DNA from: Hemiscyllium ocellatum | Lineage: Eukaryota | Length of the DNA stretch: 64,000 nt | Assembly (NCBI RefSeq): GCF_020745735.1 | Contig: NC_083403.1 | Coordinates: forward strand, 103,936,378 to 104,000,377 | Direction: 5' to 3' | Shown: piece by piece, positions 14,265 through 26,718 of the stretch | How positions within the stretch are numbered: the first letter of the stretch is position 1 | Layout: the number at the start of each line of letters is the position of its first letter | The notes under the pieces: generated by a model | Seen by the model: the letters and a program-made list of their open reading frames with translations, nothing else | What the model was told of the DNA's origin: nothing | Database searches by the model: none | Program-made: the position numbers and the translations under genes

Positions 14265-14638
14265 GTTTCACTTTTATTGCCCTGGCACTTGACTTGATAT
14301 CTTCCTTTCCATTACACAATTCTGTATCCTCTTTAAACTTGTAGGAATATACTTCTAGACTGACACCTACTTAAAAATCGTAATCAATTATTTTACTAGA
14401 AATGCTGTTACACACAAAGGGTGGAGAGTATGGTGCTGGAAAAGCACAGCAAGACAGACCACATCCGAGGAGCAGGAGAATTGATGTTTCGGGCATACTG
14501 ATGAAGGGCACCACACTCTGATCTCCAGGAATTGCAGTCCTTACTTTCTCCTGTACACTAAAATGCCAACGAGTCAATCATTTACAATTCATGCTGTTTT
14601 CCAATTCAGCATCTTCATTTAGTTCAACCTGCTCTTTA

Positions 14639-14827
<189 letters not shown>

Positions 14828-15159
14828 TTATCTGGGCGCGAGCCCACAAGTAAATAAAAATAAGCAGACTGAGGATTCAGCCTCTCATAACAATCCAGGG
14901 TTACAATTCAGCTCTGTTAAAAAAAACATTTATTTAGATCAGCATTACACAAATGACAAATCACACTATGCTTATTCAGGAAGAACAATTTCAAAAATTA
15001 AGCATGTGGTGCAAAGAGTGACCAGTCTAGATATTTTCGAATAAACCTATGCAGGTAAATTATGACACACTGTTGGGGCAGGTGGGCCTTAAACCCATAT
15101 CCCCTGGTCTAGCAGTCGGGACACTACTACTGTATCACAAGAGGCATCAAAACGGGTCA

Positions 15160-16058
15160 GAGTCATAGAGTTGTACAGCACGGAAACAGAACCTTCAGTC
15201 CAACTCGTCCATGCCGACCAGATATTCTAACTTAATCTATTTCAATTTGCCAGTATTTGGCTCATATCCATCTAAACCTTTTCTATTCATGTACCATCCA
15301 GATGCTTTTAAATGTTCTAATTGTACCAGCCTCCACCACTTCCTCTGACAGCTCATTCCCTACACGTACCACCTCTGTGTGAAAAAGTTGTCCCCTTAGA
15401 TCCCTTTTATATCTTTCCCCTCTCACCTTAAAACTATGTCTTCTAGTTTTGAACTCTCCTATCCTGTGAAAAAGATTCACCCTATCCATGCCTCTCATGA
15501 TCTTATAAATCTCATTAAGGTGACCCCTCAACCTCTGACAATGCATGGAAGATAGCCCCAGTGTATTCAGCCTCTCCCCACAGCTAAACCCTTCAACCCC
15601 AAAATTCTTGTAAACTTGAAAGGGTGCAGAAAAGATTTAACATCTTTTCTATAACAGACACACCAGAATTGAACACAGTCTTCCAAAAGTGACCTAATCA
15701 CTGTCCTATACAACACAACATGACATCCCAACTCCTATACTCAATGCACTGACCAATAAAGGCAAGTGTACTAAATGCCTTCTTCACTTCCCTGTCTACC
15801 TGTGACTCCACCTTGAAGGAACTTTCATCCTACCATTAAGTCTACAGGTCCTGCCCTGATTTGCCTTACAATGCTACACTTCACATTTATCTAAATTAAA
15901 TGCCATCTCCTCAGCCCATCTGATCAAGATTGCATAATACTGAGATAACTGTCCATTAGACCGTCAATTTTGGTGGGATCTGCAAACTTATTAACTATAC
16001 CTCCTATTGTCACATCCAAATCATTTACATAAATGACAAAAACAGTGGACCCAGCACC
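15160..16058 (-). mobile_element. CR1-type LINE 3' fragment
   Basis: LRGHLNEIYKIMRG..TRRHSFKV C-terminal motif and CTATGACT-type tail. Confidence 0.8.
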
Positions 16059-16550
16059 TGCCAGGTTAATAAGGCCACTAAAAACAAACAAAGCACGAAA
16101 GGTTCTCTACCAGAAAACAGAGTTAAACAGTAGAGAAGTCATGTTAAATTTATATAGAACTTTGATTAGACCACACCTGGAGTACTACGCTGTTCCAGGC
16201 TCAATAGCATAAAAAAAGGATTTGAGGCAATGGAGACGGTGCGATGACCATTTACTAGGTGAAGCAAGACATCTTTGATCTTGTACTCAAATCCTCTCAC
16301 TATGAAGGCCAACTACCATTGGTCTTCTTCACCACCTATTGCACCAACATGCTTAATGTGTACAAGGACGCCCAGATATTTTTGCACCTCCCCCTTTCCC
16401 AATCTGTCATCATTCAGATAATAATCTGCCTTCCTTTGGACATTCATCCATTTTATACTTTATTTGTTCATTCACAACTTATCCAAATCACACTAATGCA
16501 TCTCTGAATCCTCGTCACCCTCCCACCCAGCGCTGTGTAATCTGCAAACT

Positions 16551-16863
16551 TGGGCGGCACGGTGGCACAGTGGTTAGCACTGCTGCCTCACAGCACCTGA
16601 AGACCCGGGTTCAATTCCCGACTCAGGCGACTGACTGTGTGGAGTTTGCACGTTCTCCCCGTGTCTGCGTGGGTTTCCTCCGGGTGCTCCGGTTTCCTCC
16701 CACAGTCCAAAGATGTGCGGGTCAGGTGAATTGGCCATGCTAAATTGCCCGTAGTGTTAGGTAAGGGGTAATGTAGGGGTATGGGTGGGTTTCGCGTCGG
16801 TGTGGACTTGTTGGGCCGAAGGGCCTGTTTCCACACTGTAAGTCTAATCTAATCTAATCTAAT
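16551..16863 (+). mobile_element. tRNA-derived SINE, young full-length copy
   Basis: A/B boxes, CpGs retained, (TAATC)n tail. Confidence 0.9.
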
Positions 16864-17654
16864 TTAATTCCTCATCTAAACCATTAATATCTATTATGAA
16901 TAGCTGGGGTCCTAGCACTGATCTTTCCTCACTAGTTACTGGTTACCATTTGGAAAATGACCAAATTATTCCTACTTTTTCTTTCCTGTCTGTCAACCAG
17001 TTCTCCATCCATGTCAGTATTCTACCTCCATTCTCAAGTGCTTCAGTTTTACATGCTAATTTCTTGTACGGAATCTTATCAAAAGCCTCAAAGTTCAAGT
17101 AAACCTATATTGTGAATAGCTGGGGTCCAGGCATAGATCCTTATGCCATCCCACTGGTCATAGCCTGGTAATCTGAGAATGACCCATTTACCTTTTTAAT
17201 GTGTTCTCGCATTTATCATTATTCTATCCATGTTAATAGTTTACTCATGATTCCTTGAACTTTAAATTTTGTTTGCTAAATCTCTTGTACTAGACTCCTG
17301 TATTAGCCTTCTGAAAATCCAATGGTTCTCACTTTCAACTCTGCTTCTAACATCCTCAAAAAGTCTCAAGTTTGTCAAACTTGATTTCCCTTTCATAAAT
17401 CCATGCTGACTCTGTCCAATCAGACAATTATATTTTTAAAAATGCAGGAATCATGTTCTATATGATTGATTCTAATATTTTCCCTACTTCTCTCCATTTT
17501 CCGCTCCTTCCATTTTTAAAGTGCAGATACATTTACGACTTTACAATCTGCAGACATTACTGCAGAGTTAATACACTTTGAAGACCGATGCATCCAATAT
17601 CTCTGTAGCCAGCTCTTTGAACTGGGATGAAGATCATGATTTCCCATGGTTTGG

Positions 17655-17845
17655 AGGTGTTGGACTGGTGTACAAAGTTAAAAATCTCACAACACCAGGT
17701 TATAGTCCAACAGGTTTGATTGGAAGCACACTAGCTTTCGGAGCACCGCTCCTTCAACGGGTGGTTGGCAACCAGCTGAAGGAGCAGCATACCGAAAGCT
17801 AGTGTGCTTCCAATCAAACCTGTTGGACTATAACCTGGGGTTGGA
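17655..17845. repeat. Palindromic Penelope-type terminal-repeat remnant (family C)
   Basis: Arms ~17692-17741 and ~17792-17844 are almost perfect reverse complements; centre holds decayed CTGA..GGAGC..CC-GAAAGCTA; related copies at 19838-19968 and 39760-39870. Confidence 0.7.
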
Positions 17846-18526
17846 TGATTTCCCATAGATTTGTCAACTTTCCCATGAATATCTCCAATAATACAATTTT
17901 CAGTTTTTCTTTCAATTCCACACTCTCACAAGAGGCTTGGATTTTAATTATTTCAGGGACGCTGCTTGTATCTTAATTTATGAAGATACACATACAAAGT
18001 ATCAGTTTAAAACCTGTCACTTTCCTTATTTCCTATTATAAATCTCCTGCTTTGGCCTGTAACAAACCCACATTTGCTTTCGCTAATTTTCTGTTTACAT
18101 ACTTAGAGAGGCTTTGACACCATGCTTTTACATTTGCTATTTTATATTCATATTCTCTCTTTTCAATTTCTTTGTCCTCCTGTATACACAGTAATTACCT
18201 TAGTGGGTGACAGAATAAACCGAAGAAGCTGAATTCCTGATAAGACTTAGATAAATGTAATTGAGCTGAAATATTAACAGTTTCACTCTGTACGCATGTT
18301 GATGTCCCTCCTGTACTCCTATAACTAAAAATGTGGATTTGTACTCAACCCTACTGGCTCATGAGTTTAAACAGGAGGATACTTCAACCATTTCCTCCTA
18401 TCAATGTGTTACTCAATACGTACTTTAAATAAGAATGAGTTGTCAGCCCAGATCAGGGAGGAGTGAGCACTACCTTAAGAATACCAGATCCTCAATGTGT
18501 AGCTAGAAGCTCCTAAATGTTCTAAT

Positions 18527-18960
18527 TGTGGGGAGGGGATTGAGTGGGGAGGGGGTTGAGTGAGGTTGAGGGCAGAGAAGGGTGGGGGGGGTGGGAAGGA
18601 GAGTGGGAGGGGTGGGTGGGAGTGGGGGGACAGTGGGGGGATGGGGGGGTGGAGACTGGGGGGATGGGGGGGTGGAGACTGGGGGGATGGGGGGGTGGAG
18701 ACTGGGGGGATGGGGGGGTAGAGACTGGGGGGATGGAGACTGGGGGGATGGAGACTGGGGGGATGGCGGGGTGGAGAGTGGGGGGATGGCGGGGTGGGGG
18801 ATGGGAGGGAGAGTGGGGTGGGAGGGAGAGTGGGGGGGGGGGTGGGTGGGAGGGAGAGTGGGGGGGTGGGGTGGGAAGGAGAGTGGGGGGGTGGGAAGGA
18901 GAGTGGGGGGGTGGGGATTAGGTGGGGAGGGAGTCAGTGGGAGGCTGGGATGAGAGGAAT
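18527..18960. repeat. G-rich low-complexity minisatellite
   Basis: Repeated GGAGACTGGGGGGATGGGG and GGGAAGGAGAGTGGGGGG units; almost no C on the plus strand. Confidence 0.9.
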
Positions 18961-19073
18961 CTGAACAATGCCTTGTCCCCCTCAGCTCCCGGCGTCTGGC
19001 CGGCAACAGGCCGATGCGCCGAGTCAATAATCCCCGGGGCCACAGCGCCTCACCCTGCGGCCCAGCTACTCAC

Positions 19074-19245
19074 CTACTCTCCGCTTCCAGATCCTAGCTT
19101 GGGAATCCGGTAAGGGCTTCTCTCCGCCGCGGGCAGGGAGGGACTGCTGTTCAGTCTGTCAGTTACTCCGAGACCGAGACCGCAGCCGCCCCCAGCGCCA
19201 GCATCAGCAGCTCCCCACCACCACAACCACCATCTGTCACCGACA
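19074..19245 (-). other. HEATR5B: Probable non-coding exon 1 of HEATR5B
   Basis: GC-rich segment ending in a consensus AG|GTGAGT donor at 19074/19073; start position is a guess. Confidence 0.55.
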
Positions 19246-19425
19246 GTACGCACGCGCAGTCACGGCATTCTCCCCCACACATAGAGTCGCGCACGCGCAG
19301 TCACGGCATTCTCCCCACACACAGAGTCGCGCACGCGTAGTCACGGCATTCTCCCTACACACAGAGTCGCGCACGCGCAGTCACGGCATTCTCCCTACAC
19401 ACAGAGTCGCGCACGCGCAGTCACA
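19245..19425. repeat. 40-bp tandem repeat, ~4.5 copies
   Basis: Unit GAGTCGCGCACGCGCAGTCACGGCATTCTCCCYACACACA. Confidence 0.95.
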
Positions 19426-19575
19426 GCGTGCTGCCCGACCACCGGCTCTGGGCATGTGCACTTACAGCACAGGGTGTCCGTTTCCACATTGCGCACGCGC
19501 GTCTCTCGCCTGCTGGCAGCTCTGCGCATGTGCACTGGCCAGTCTTCGACGTTGACAGAGGCTGAGGCTGGCGGA

Positions 19576-19655
19576 ATGGCGGCTGGGGGCGTGCGGCCGG
19601 AGCAGGTCGAGGAGGAGAAAGATGATTACATGTCGGATGTGTTCGTCAATTTGCA
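19576..19655 (+). CDS. GPATCH11: GPATCH11 coding exon 1
   Basis: MAAGGVRPEQVEEEKDDYMSDVFVNL carries the conserved DYMSD motif; GTAAGA donor. Confidence 0.9.
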
Positions 19656-20579
19656 GTAAGAGTTCGGGTCCGTGGTCACGGTCCTATCAGAAGGAGTAGA
19701 GGCCAGTTGTAGAGAGTGTTGACTCGAGACAGAAAAACGATCGAAGTGAGGGGGATGAGGAGAACGGCAGCGGGTCAGAGAGCAGATTGTCTTCACAAAG
19801 AGAACTCAGGGAAACCGTCAGCATTTGGAAATGTCGGTGTTGGACTGGGGTGTACAAAGTTAAAAATCACACAACACCAGGTTATAGTCCAGCAGGTTTA
19901 ATTGGAAGCACACTAGCTTTTAGAGCGACCTGTTGGACTATAACCTGGTGTTGTGTGATTTCTAACTTAAGGAAACAGGGCCTGTATTCTTAAAAATTTA
20001 CAAGACTAAGAAATGATCTCATTGAAGTATGCGAAATTCTTACAGGACTGATGTTAGATGCAGGAGCGATGTTTTCCCTGACTAGGGAGTCCAGAACTAG
20101 GGTACACACTCTCAGAGTAAGTACTGGCCATTAATCAAGAAATGAGGCATTCTTCACTCGGCGGTGAATTGTCAGATCTTTGGAGGCTGAAACATTCAAG
20201 ACAGACATTCATACATTTCTACATATTAAAGATGTCAAATTCAGGAGGTAGTATGGGAAGAATGCACTGAGGTAGACGATTAGCTCTGATAAAGTTGAAT
20301 GGCGAAGCCGACTTGAGGGGCTGAATGGTCTGTTCTATTGTTATAGCAGTGAACTACTTTTGACATGTAATTATTCTAATTTCATAGGCAAATGTGGTAC
20401 TGCAGTTTGTGCACAGCCATGTTCCCACAAGTAGCAACCAGGTGACAAATTAAGTTGTTCTGGTAATAGTGTTTTCCAGAGCAGAGGGGAGACATCTTCT
20501 GCTTGACTGTTTGTTTTCCTGGATGTGGGCAATGCTGCCATTTATTGCCTGTGTTAGTTGAAAATTAAGATAGATGCCC

Positions 20580-21515
20580 CCTACACCAACCTCTGGATAC
20601 ATCATATCATCCACCATCATTTCCGCCACCTCCAAACAGACCCCACCACCAGGGATATATTCCCCTCCCCTCCCCTATCAGTGTTCCAGAGAGACCACTC
20701 CCTCCGTGACTCCCTCGTCAAGTCCACACTCCCCACCAACCCAACCTCCACTCCCGGCACCTTCCCCTGCAACTGCAAGAAGTGCAAAACTTGCGCCCAC
20801 ACCTCCCCCCTCCCCTCCCTCCAAGGCCCCAATTGATCCTTCCATATCCATTGCAAATTCACCTGCACCTCCACACACATCATTTACTGTATCCGCCGCT
20901 GCATCAGATGTGGTCTCCTCTACATTGGGGAGACAGGCCGCCTACTTGCGGAACGTTTCAGGGAACACCTCTGGGACACCTGCACCAACCAACCCAACCG
21001 CCCCATGGCTGAACACTTTAACTCCCCCTCCCACTCCGCCAAGGACATGCAGGTCCTTGGCCTCCTCCATCGCTAGACCCTGACCACACGACTCCTGGAG
21101 GAAGAGCACCTCATCGTCCGCCTAGGAACCCTCCAACCACACGGGATGAATGTAGATTTCTCCAGCTTCCTCATTTCCCCTCCCCCCACCATATCTCAGT
21201 CCCAACCCTGGATTCAGCACCGCCCTCTTGACCTGCAATCTTGTTCCCGACCTCTCCGCCCCCACCCCCTCTCCAGCCTATCACCCTCACCTTCACCTCC
21301 TTCCACCTATCGTATTCCCAGCACCCCTCCCCCAAATCCCCTCCCCCACCCTTTATCTCAGCCCACTTGGCACACCAGCCTCATTCATGAAATGAAGGGC
21401 TTATGCCCGAAACGTCGATTCTCCTGCTCCTCGGATGCTGCCTGGCCTGCTGTGTTTTTCCAGCATCACATTTTTCAACTCTGGTCACCAGCATCTGCAG
21501 TCCTCACTTTCTCCT
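20580..21515 (+). mobile_element. Penelope-like 3' fragment (GIY-YIG plus terminal repeat), same family as 4825-6774
   Basis: HFRHLQTDPTTRDIFP, CNCKKCKTC, YIGETGR; terminal repeat with damaged hammerhead at 21383-21420. Confidence 0.9.
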
Positions 21516-21695
21516 ACTATGGTCAAATAGCCACATATGTGGACCCAAAAAAGGGGTCCTTGAGGAACCACTCATTGAGCAGCGTGTGGAAACTGTGTCC
21601 CATCAATGGAAAGCCAATACCTTTGTCAAATTTCTTTGCCTTATCATAATTTTCAGAGAAAATTAAAGATAATACTCCTATTTGTGATCACCTAG

Positions 21696-21922
21696 GCAGG
21701 ATGTTAAACCAGGTCTGGTTATGGTCAGAAGAGTGAAAGAAGAAATCCTTAAGAGGGAGCGTGCAATGGAATTGATCCTGGAAAACAAGCAGAAGAGCAA
21801 AAAGGAAGAGGAGAAAGAGAGACGCGAGACCATGTTACAAAGCTCGTTAGGAAGTGAAAACAAGGGCTTCACATTGCTTCAGAAGATGGGATATAAAGAA
21901 GGTCATGGTCTTGGCAAAAGTG
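21696..21922 (+). CDS. GPATCH11: GPATCH11 exon 2 (start of G-patch)
   Basis: QDVKPGLVM...ENKGFTLLQKMGYKEGHGLGKS; TAG acceptor, GT donor. Confidence 0.95.
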
Positions 21923-22093
21923 GTACGTTGTCAATCATCTTAGACCTAAGACACTGTTTTGAGGTGTGTGTGGACAGTTGCATTTAATCACAGTATTTAC
22001 GGACTTTTGTGTGAATTGCAATGATAAAGTCTTAAATGTAATATGACAACAAAAGGTAACTCCATTTGAAACAAAATATTGCTTTTGTAGGAT

Positions 22094-22211
22094 TTCAATA
22101 TGTTCTATCACTTCATGGTATTGCAACAACATTTATAAATGTGGTAAAACATTCAATATGTTCTATCACTTCATGGTGTTGCAACAACATTTATAAATGT
22201 GGTAAAACATT
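22094..22211. repeat. 58-bp tandem duplication
   Basis: Two copies of TTCAATATGTTCTATCAC...GGTAAAACA with one mismatch. Confidence 0.9.
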
Positions 22212-23124
22212 GCAAAGTGTTTCACAAGAACATAACGTAAATCAAAATTCAACACCATTGCTTCATCAGGAGATTGGAGACAGGTGACCAGAAGCTTGGG
22301 TAAGCAGGTAGATATTAAGGAATGTCTGACAGGAGGAAAGAAGTCACAAGGCATAGAGATTTGGGAGGGATTTCTGAAGCTTAGAGCCCAGGCAGTTGCT
22401 TATATGACCACTGCTTTTGGGGCATGGAGAATTGGGGATGCTCAAGTGGCCAGAATTGGAGAAAGCCTTCAGTTGAAGAAATCCTGGAGTGTTATCAAGC
22501 TGAAGGAGAAAAGAGACAGATATGAGCTCAAATTTGCAAAGGAGGTACCAGATACTTTGGGAACCATTAGTATAATATCCCCACCCACCAAATATTTTCT
22601 AAAGATACTGAAATAATGGCCAGCGGTGACAACACTGGAGTGAGGCCGGATTCAGGATGTGCACAGCCTGGGTTTATATGTTGAATGCATACAATAAAAT
22701 AAACTCATACCAAATAACCCTATCATCAGCAAGCTTTTTTGTGGCGGGGGAGAACCCAAGGTTTCCAACAGCCTTGGTGTGGAATTGCTTGCAGAATGAC
22801 CTAGTTTAACCGAAGGTTTATTTTGTCTTACAGATACACACGCTCCCTCTCCCTTTCCCTCTTCCCAAGCCCAATCAGTTGAGCTTCTGTTAATACTATT
22901 TTACCATATGTGTATTCTATCCTTTCTTTCACATGTTGTCAAAAGTACTCCCTCTTAAATTCATCCTGACTATTTTTCTCAACCACTCACTGGAGTTCCA
23001 TGTCCCAGTCATCCAGGTCAAGATGTTTCTCTTTAATTCATCACAGGATTATTAGTGATTAATAAATTATACAATTCAAGCTTGTGTCATTAAAATCTTT
23101 TAAGTCCAATCTTTCATTTTTCAG

Positions 23125-23166
23125 GAAATGGGATTGTTGAACCTATTCCACTACAGATTAAAACTG
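23125..23166 (+). CDS. GPATCH11: GPATCH11 exon 3
   Basis: GNGIVEPIPLQIKT; CAG/GTAAGT. Confidence 0.93.
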
Positions 23167-24195
23167 GTAAGTTGATCCTAGTTCGCCATGATTTTTTAGA
23201 GATATCTCCATTCTCTTATTGCAACAAATTTTATACTCGATCAGCGTTGGTATGGATTTTAAAAGAAAGCTACAGATGTTGGGAGTATTCATATCCAGTT
23301 CACTCCAAAACCACTATGCTAAAGATTGTGATACAGTTATATTATGGGACATCATTTAAATGATCAGTGCATTACAGAGCGAAGAATAATTGAATTGTTA
23401 AGAGTTGAGTGGGAAAGACATTGTGGGAACAGGAGATAGGCTAAACAGAGATGATGCGTTTGGTGAGAAGAATCTGGGAGATTGGAGAAGGAAGTAATGA
23501 GGAATTAGGGTAGCTATACAAGTTATTTGAAGTATGTCTATCTTCTGGATTGGGTTTAGTATGAAGAATCCTTCTTTGTCCAGAAGCTTTCTTTATCAAT
23601 GTGTTTTGAAGCCAGGGAATCTCCTTGTCCTTACTGTTTTGGTTTCCTACTGTAACCATGTTTCAATGACGTGTTTGTTGTACACACATGGAGAAAGGGC
23701 AGGCTGATCTGTATAGGGGGAGATGCAGAAGTGAATTAATGAGATCAGCACTGACACAATGGAAAGGGAAACAGTAGTACAGTGATCGAAACACACCTGT
23801 GGAAGATGACTAGGCTGAGCAACAGTGTGGCCAGACAATGATGCTCCATGAGTAGTGAGGATCAGTTTATTTCTAGTAAAGAACTTGTGGGGCAAGTCTT
23901 GGAGAGAGTTGATTAATTCTCTAAAGTAGTCCATTTGATTGGCATCTTCCTCAGGTTTCTGTTATCTCAAAATCTCCAGCAGCACTGAAACAGAAGAGAA
24001 GGAGAGAGAGAACTAGGGCAAATCATTTTGAAGTAAGAATGCAGGAGGCAAGGTTATGATATTTGGATAGCTTCAGAGATTAGGAATGAAGCAGTTCTGT
24101 GTGGTTGAGGATGACTGTTAGATGTTAATTTTATATTAGTAATCTTTAACTTAGCTTATTGGCATTAACTGTGGATTCTGTCCTTTATAAGTATT

Positions 24196-24268
24196 GCTTC
24201 TGTAATGTAGTGGTTATCAGACTTGCTTTATACACAAAAGGTTCCTGATTTGAAACCAGATGCACACA
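24196..24268 (+). pseudogene. Degenerate tRNA-Val-derived sequence
   Basis: 73 nt colinear with vertebrate tRNA-Val (TGTAGTGGTTATCA...AAAGGT.CC..TT.GAAACC); CpG-type decay, broken stems, anticodon position TAT. Confidence 0.7.
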
Positions 24269-24890
24269 TTATCATGACTTGTTTCTGTCACAGTGAAGAG
24301 CTGTTGCCTGATTGACCTTTCTAAGTAGGGTCTTGCGACACAGTTGGTAGCCTATCTCTGAGCCAGACAGTCTGGGTAAAAGTCTCACCTTCCCCCAAGG
24401 TATGTCATTACGTTTCTGGGCAGGTTGTTTTAAAAATGACTTTTCCTAATTAGACAAACTGCAGATGTGGTTAGTTCAATGATTGCTGGGACTTATACCT
24501 GTAAATAAATACTTACATACATATGTGAAGATGTACTTTAATAATAAACAGCAATGCTGCAAACCTTTTTATAAAGCGTAACAGTGTTTTGATAAGAACA
24601 GATATGGAGTTTGCACATATTTGTGGGTTTGCACGTATCTGTGGTTTTCTTCTGGGTGCTCTGGTTTCCTCCCACAGTCACAAAGATATGCAGGTCAGGT
24701 GGATTGGTTATGCTAAATTGTCCATAGTATTAGGAGCATTAGCTAGGGATAAATATAGGGTAGGGCAATTGGTCAATATGTACTTGTTGGGCCAAATGGC
24801 CTGTTTCCATACTTTCAGGAATCTAGTCTAATCTTATATGTGGTTGACTTGATGTACAAGCTGTTGATGAATGATGTTTTATCGTTGCAG

Positions 24891-25011
24891 GACGCGGTGG
24901 AATTGGCCATGAGGCAGCAGAAAAACGGAGAGCTGAGGAAAAGACTGAACATCACAAACAAATGTCACAAGTGAAGAAACGAGCAGAGGAATTTGCCCTT
25001 AATGAATATAG
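24891..25011 (+). CDS. GPATCH11: GPATCH11 exon 4
   Basis: GRGGIGHEAAEKRRAEEK...NEY; CAG/GT, phases consistent. Confidence 0.93.
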
Positions 25012-25779
25012 GTATAGTGCGTGTTGGACTGATAGCTGAATTTTCAGTTTTTTTAAAAATAAAGAAAAAGAACAGTTTGTAAATCGTATCCATTTTAAAA
25101 CTTAAGCCTAATGTAAAGTCATAAAATGTTTATCAATTTATTCTGATATAAATTCCTTTGTACATATTTATAATGTCACCTGCCTATGTGAACCTGTCAC
25201 ATAAGCTATCTCAATAGTGGGGCCACTACAGTGCATTTCTGATGATTGTATAATCACAGCATAATGTGTTTACAGGACGCAACTTCAACATTTGCAGATG
25301 ACACAAGACTTATGGGGCACTGAAAATTAGGGATGCTCAAGAGGCCAGAATTGGAGGAGGCATTCACTTGGAGAAATCTTGGAAATTTATAGAGTTGAAG
25401 CAAGAAGTATTGTGAACCGTGAGGAGGATAGTGACAGACTTTAGGAGGGCAGACAGGACGGTGGGATAAGGCAAAAGCATGGCAGATAAAATTAAATGCA
25501 GGGAAGTGTGAAGTAAGAAATTTTAGCTGAGAGGCAACAAACTAATTTGTACAGTCCTCGTTTCCTCTAAGCTGCACAGCCATGCAGCTGCAGTGAAGCT
25601 CCTCCAAGGTTCCACGCAGCCCCAGTCAGCACTTTCAGAAGTCACTGTGATGCACAGACCTCAGGGATCCACGCATTCAAAAAACAATTGGAGGAAGTAT
25701 AGGTACAATTCTAAAACGGCAATGGAGCATTGGTGGCATATGTGCACAAATTACTAAACATAGGGCATTGAGCAAATGA

Positions 25780-26115
25780 ATTTAGATTGCCTACAGTGTG
25801 GAAACAAACCCTTCGGCCCAACAATTTCACACTGACCCTCCAAAGAGTATCCCACCCAAACCTACTCCCCTACCTTATTACTATACAATTACCCCTAACT
25901 AATATTGCTAACCTACACATCCCTGAACACTTTGGATAATTTAGCGTGGCCAGTTCACCTGACCTGCACATCTTTGGATTGTGGGAGGAAACCGGAGCAC
26001 CTGGAGGAAACCCATGCAGACATGGGGAGAACGTGGTGTTTGCACAGTTGCCCGAGGCTGGAATCGAACCCAGGTCCCTGTGAGGCAGCAGTGCTAACCA
26101 CTGAGCCATCGTGCT
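25780..26115 (-). mobile_element. tRNA-derived SINE
   Basis: Reverse-complement match to the SINE at 16551. Confidence 0.85.
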
Positions 26116-26627
26116 GACCTTGTGGTTGAAAAGGAATCTGGAATCCTGGAGTTTATAAGTAGAAATATGGAATACAAAAATAAGAGTTTTGGTGAGCCCT
26201 TTTAAAGCTATGATTTGGCCTCCACTGAAGTATTGTGTTCAATTCTAGGCATTGTACTTTGGAAAGACATGAATTTCTTTTGAGAAGTGTTTTTTTTAAT
26301 CACCAGCAACGGCAGCCATGCTTTGTGGTTGAGGCCTTAAGCTCTAGAATTCTATCCTTCAACCTCTCCACCTCTCTCACCACCTTTAATTCTTTTATTA
26401 AAACCTGCCTATTTCACCAAATGTATGGTCATCTATTTTAATATCTTGATGTGGCTTAGAGCAAATATTGTTTGTTAATACTCCTGTGAAATTTCCTTTG
26501 GATATTTTGTGTGTTAAAGATGTTCTTTAAATATAGATTGTTATTCATTATTATATTGTCCAGACTTGGTGCTTTTAAAAATCAGCTCGTGGTTTCAATA
26601 TGGCTGTCTAATTTCTGACTTTCCCAG

Positions 26628-26718
26628 GCTACAGGTCCGGAAAAAAAAGGATCAACTTCAGATGGAAGGAGATTTAAGGAAGAGTCAAGTTGCCTGTCAA
26701 CAGCTGGATTTACAGAAG
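26628..26718 (+). CDS. GPATCH11: GPATCH11 exon 5
   Basis: LQVRKKKDQLQMEGDLRKSQVACQQLDLQK. Confidence 0.94.

Larger units (their letters stand above)
19000..19680. promoter_or_regulatory. CpG-rich bidirectional promoter HEATR5B/GPATCH11 with NRF1 motifs
   Basis: High CpG density between divergent genes; YGCGCAYGCGCR matches at 19288, 19368, 19408, 19490; variants at 19328 and 19523. Confidence 0.8.

Noticed and set aside
18503-19027. Pro-rich and Gly-rich ORFs
   Set aside because: Artefacts of the G-rich repeat.
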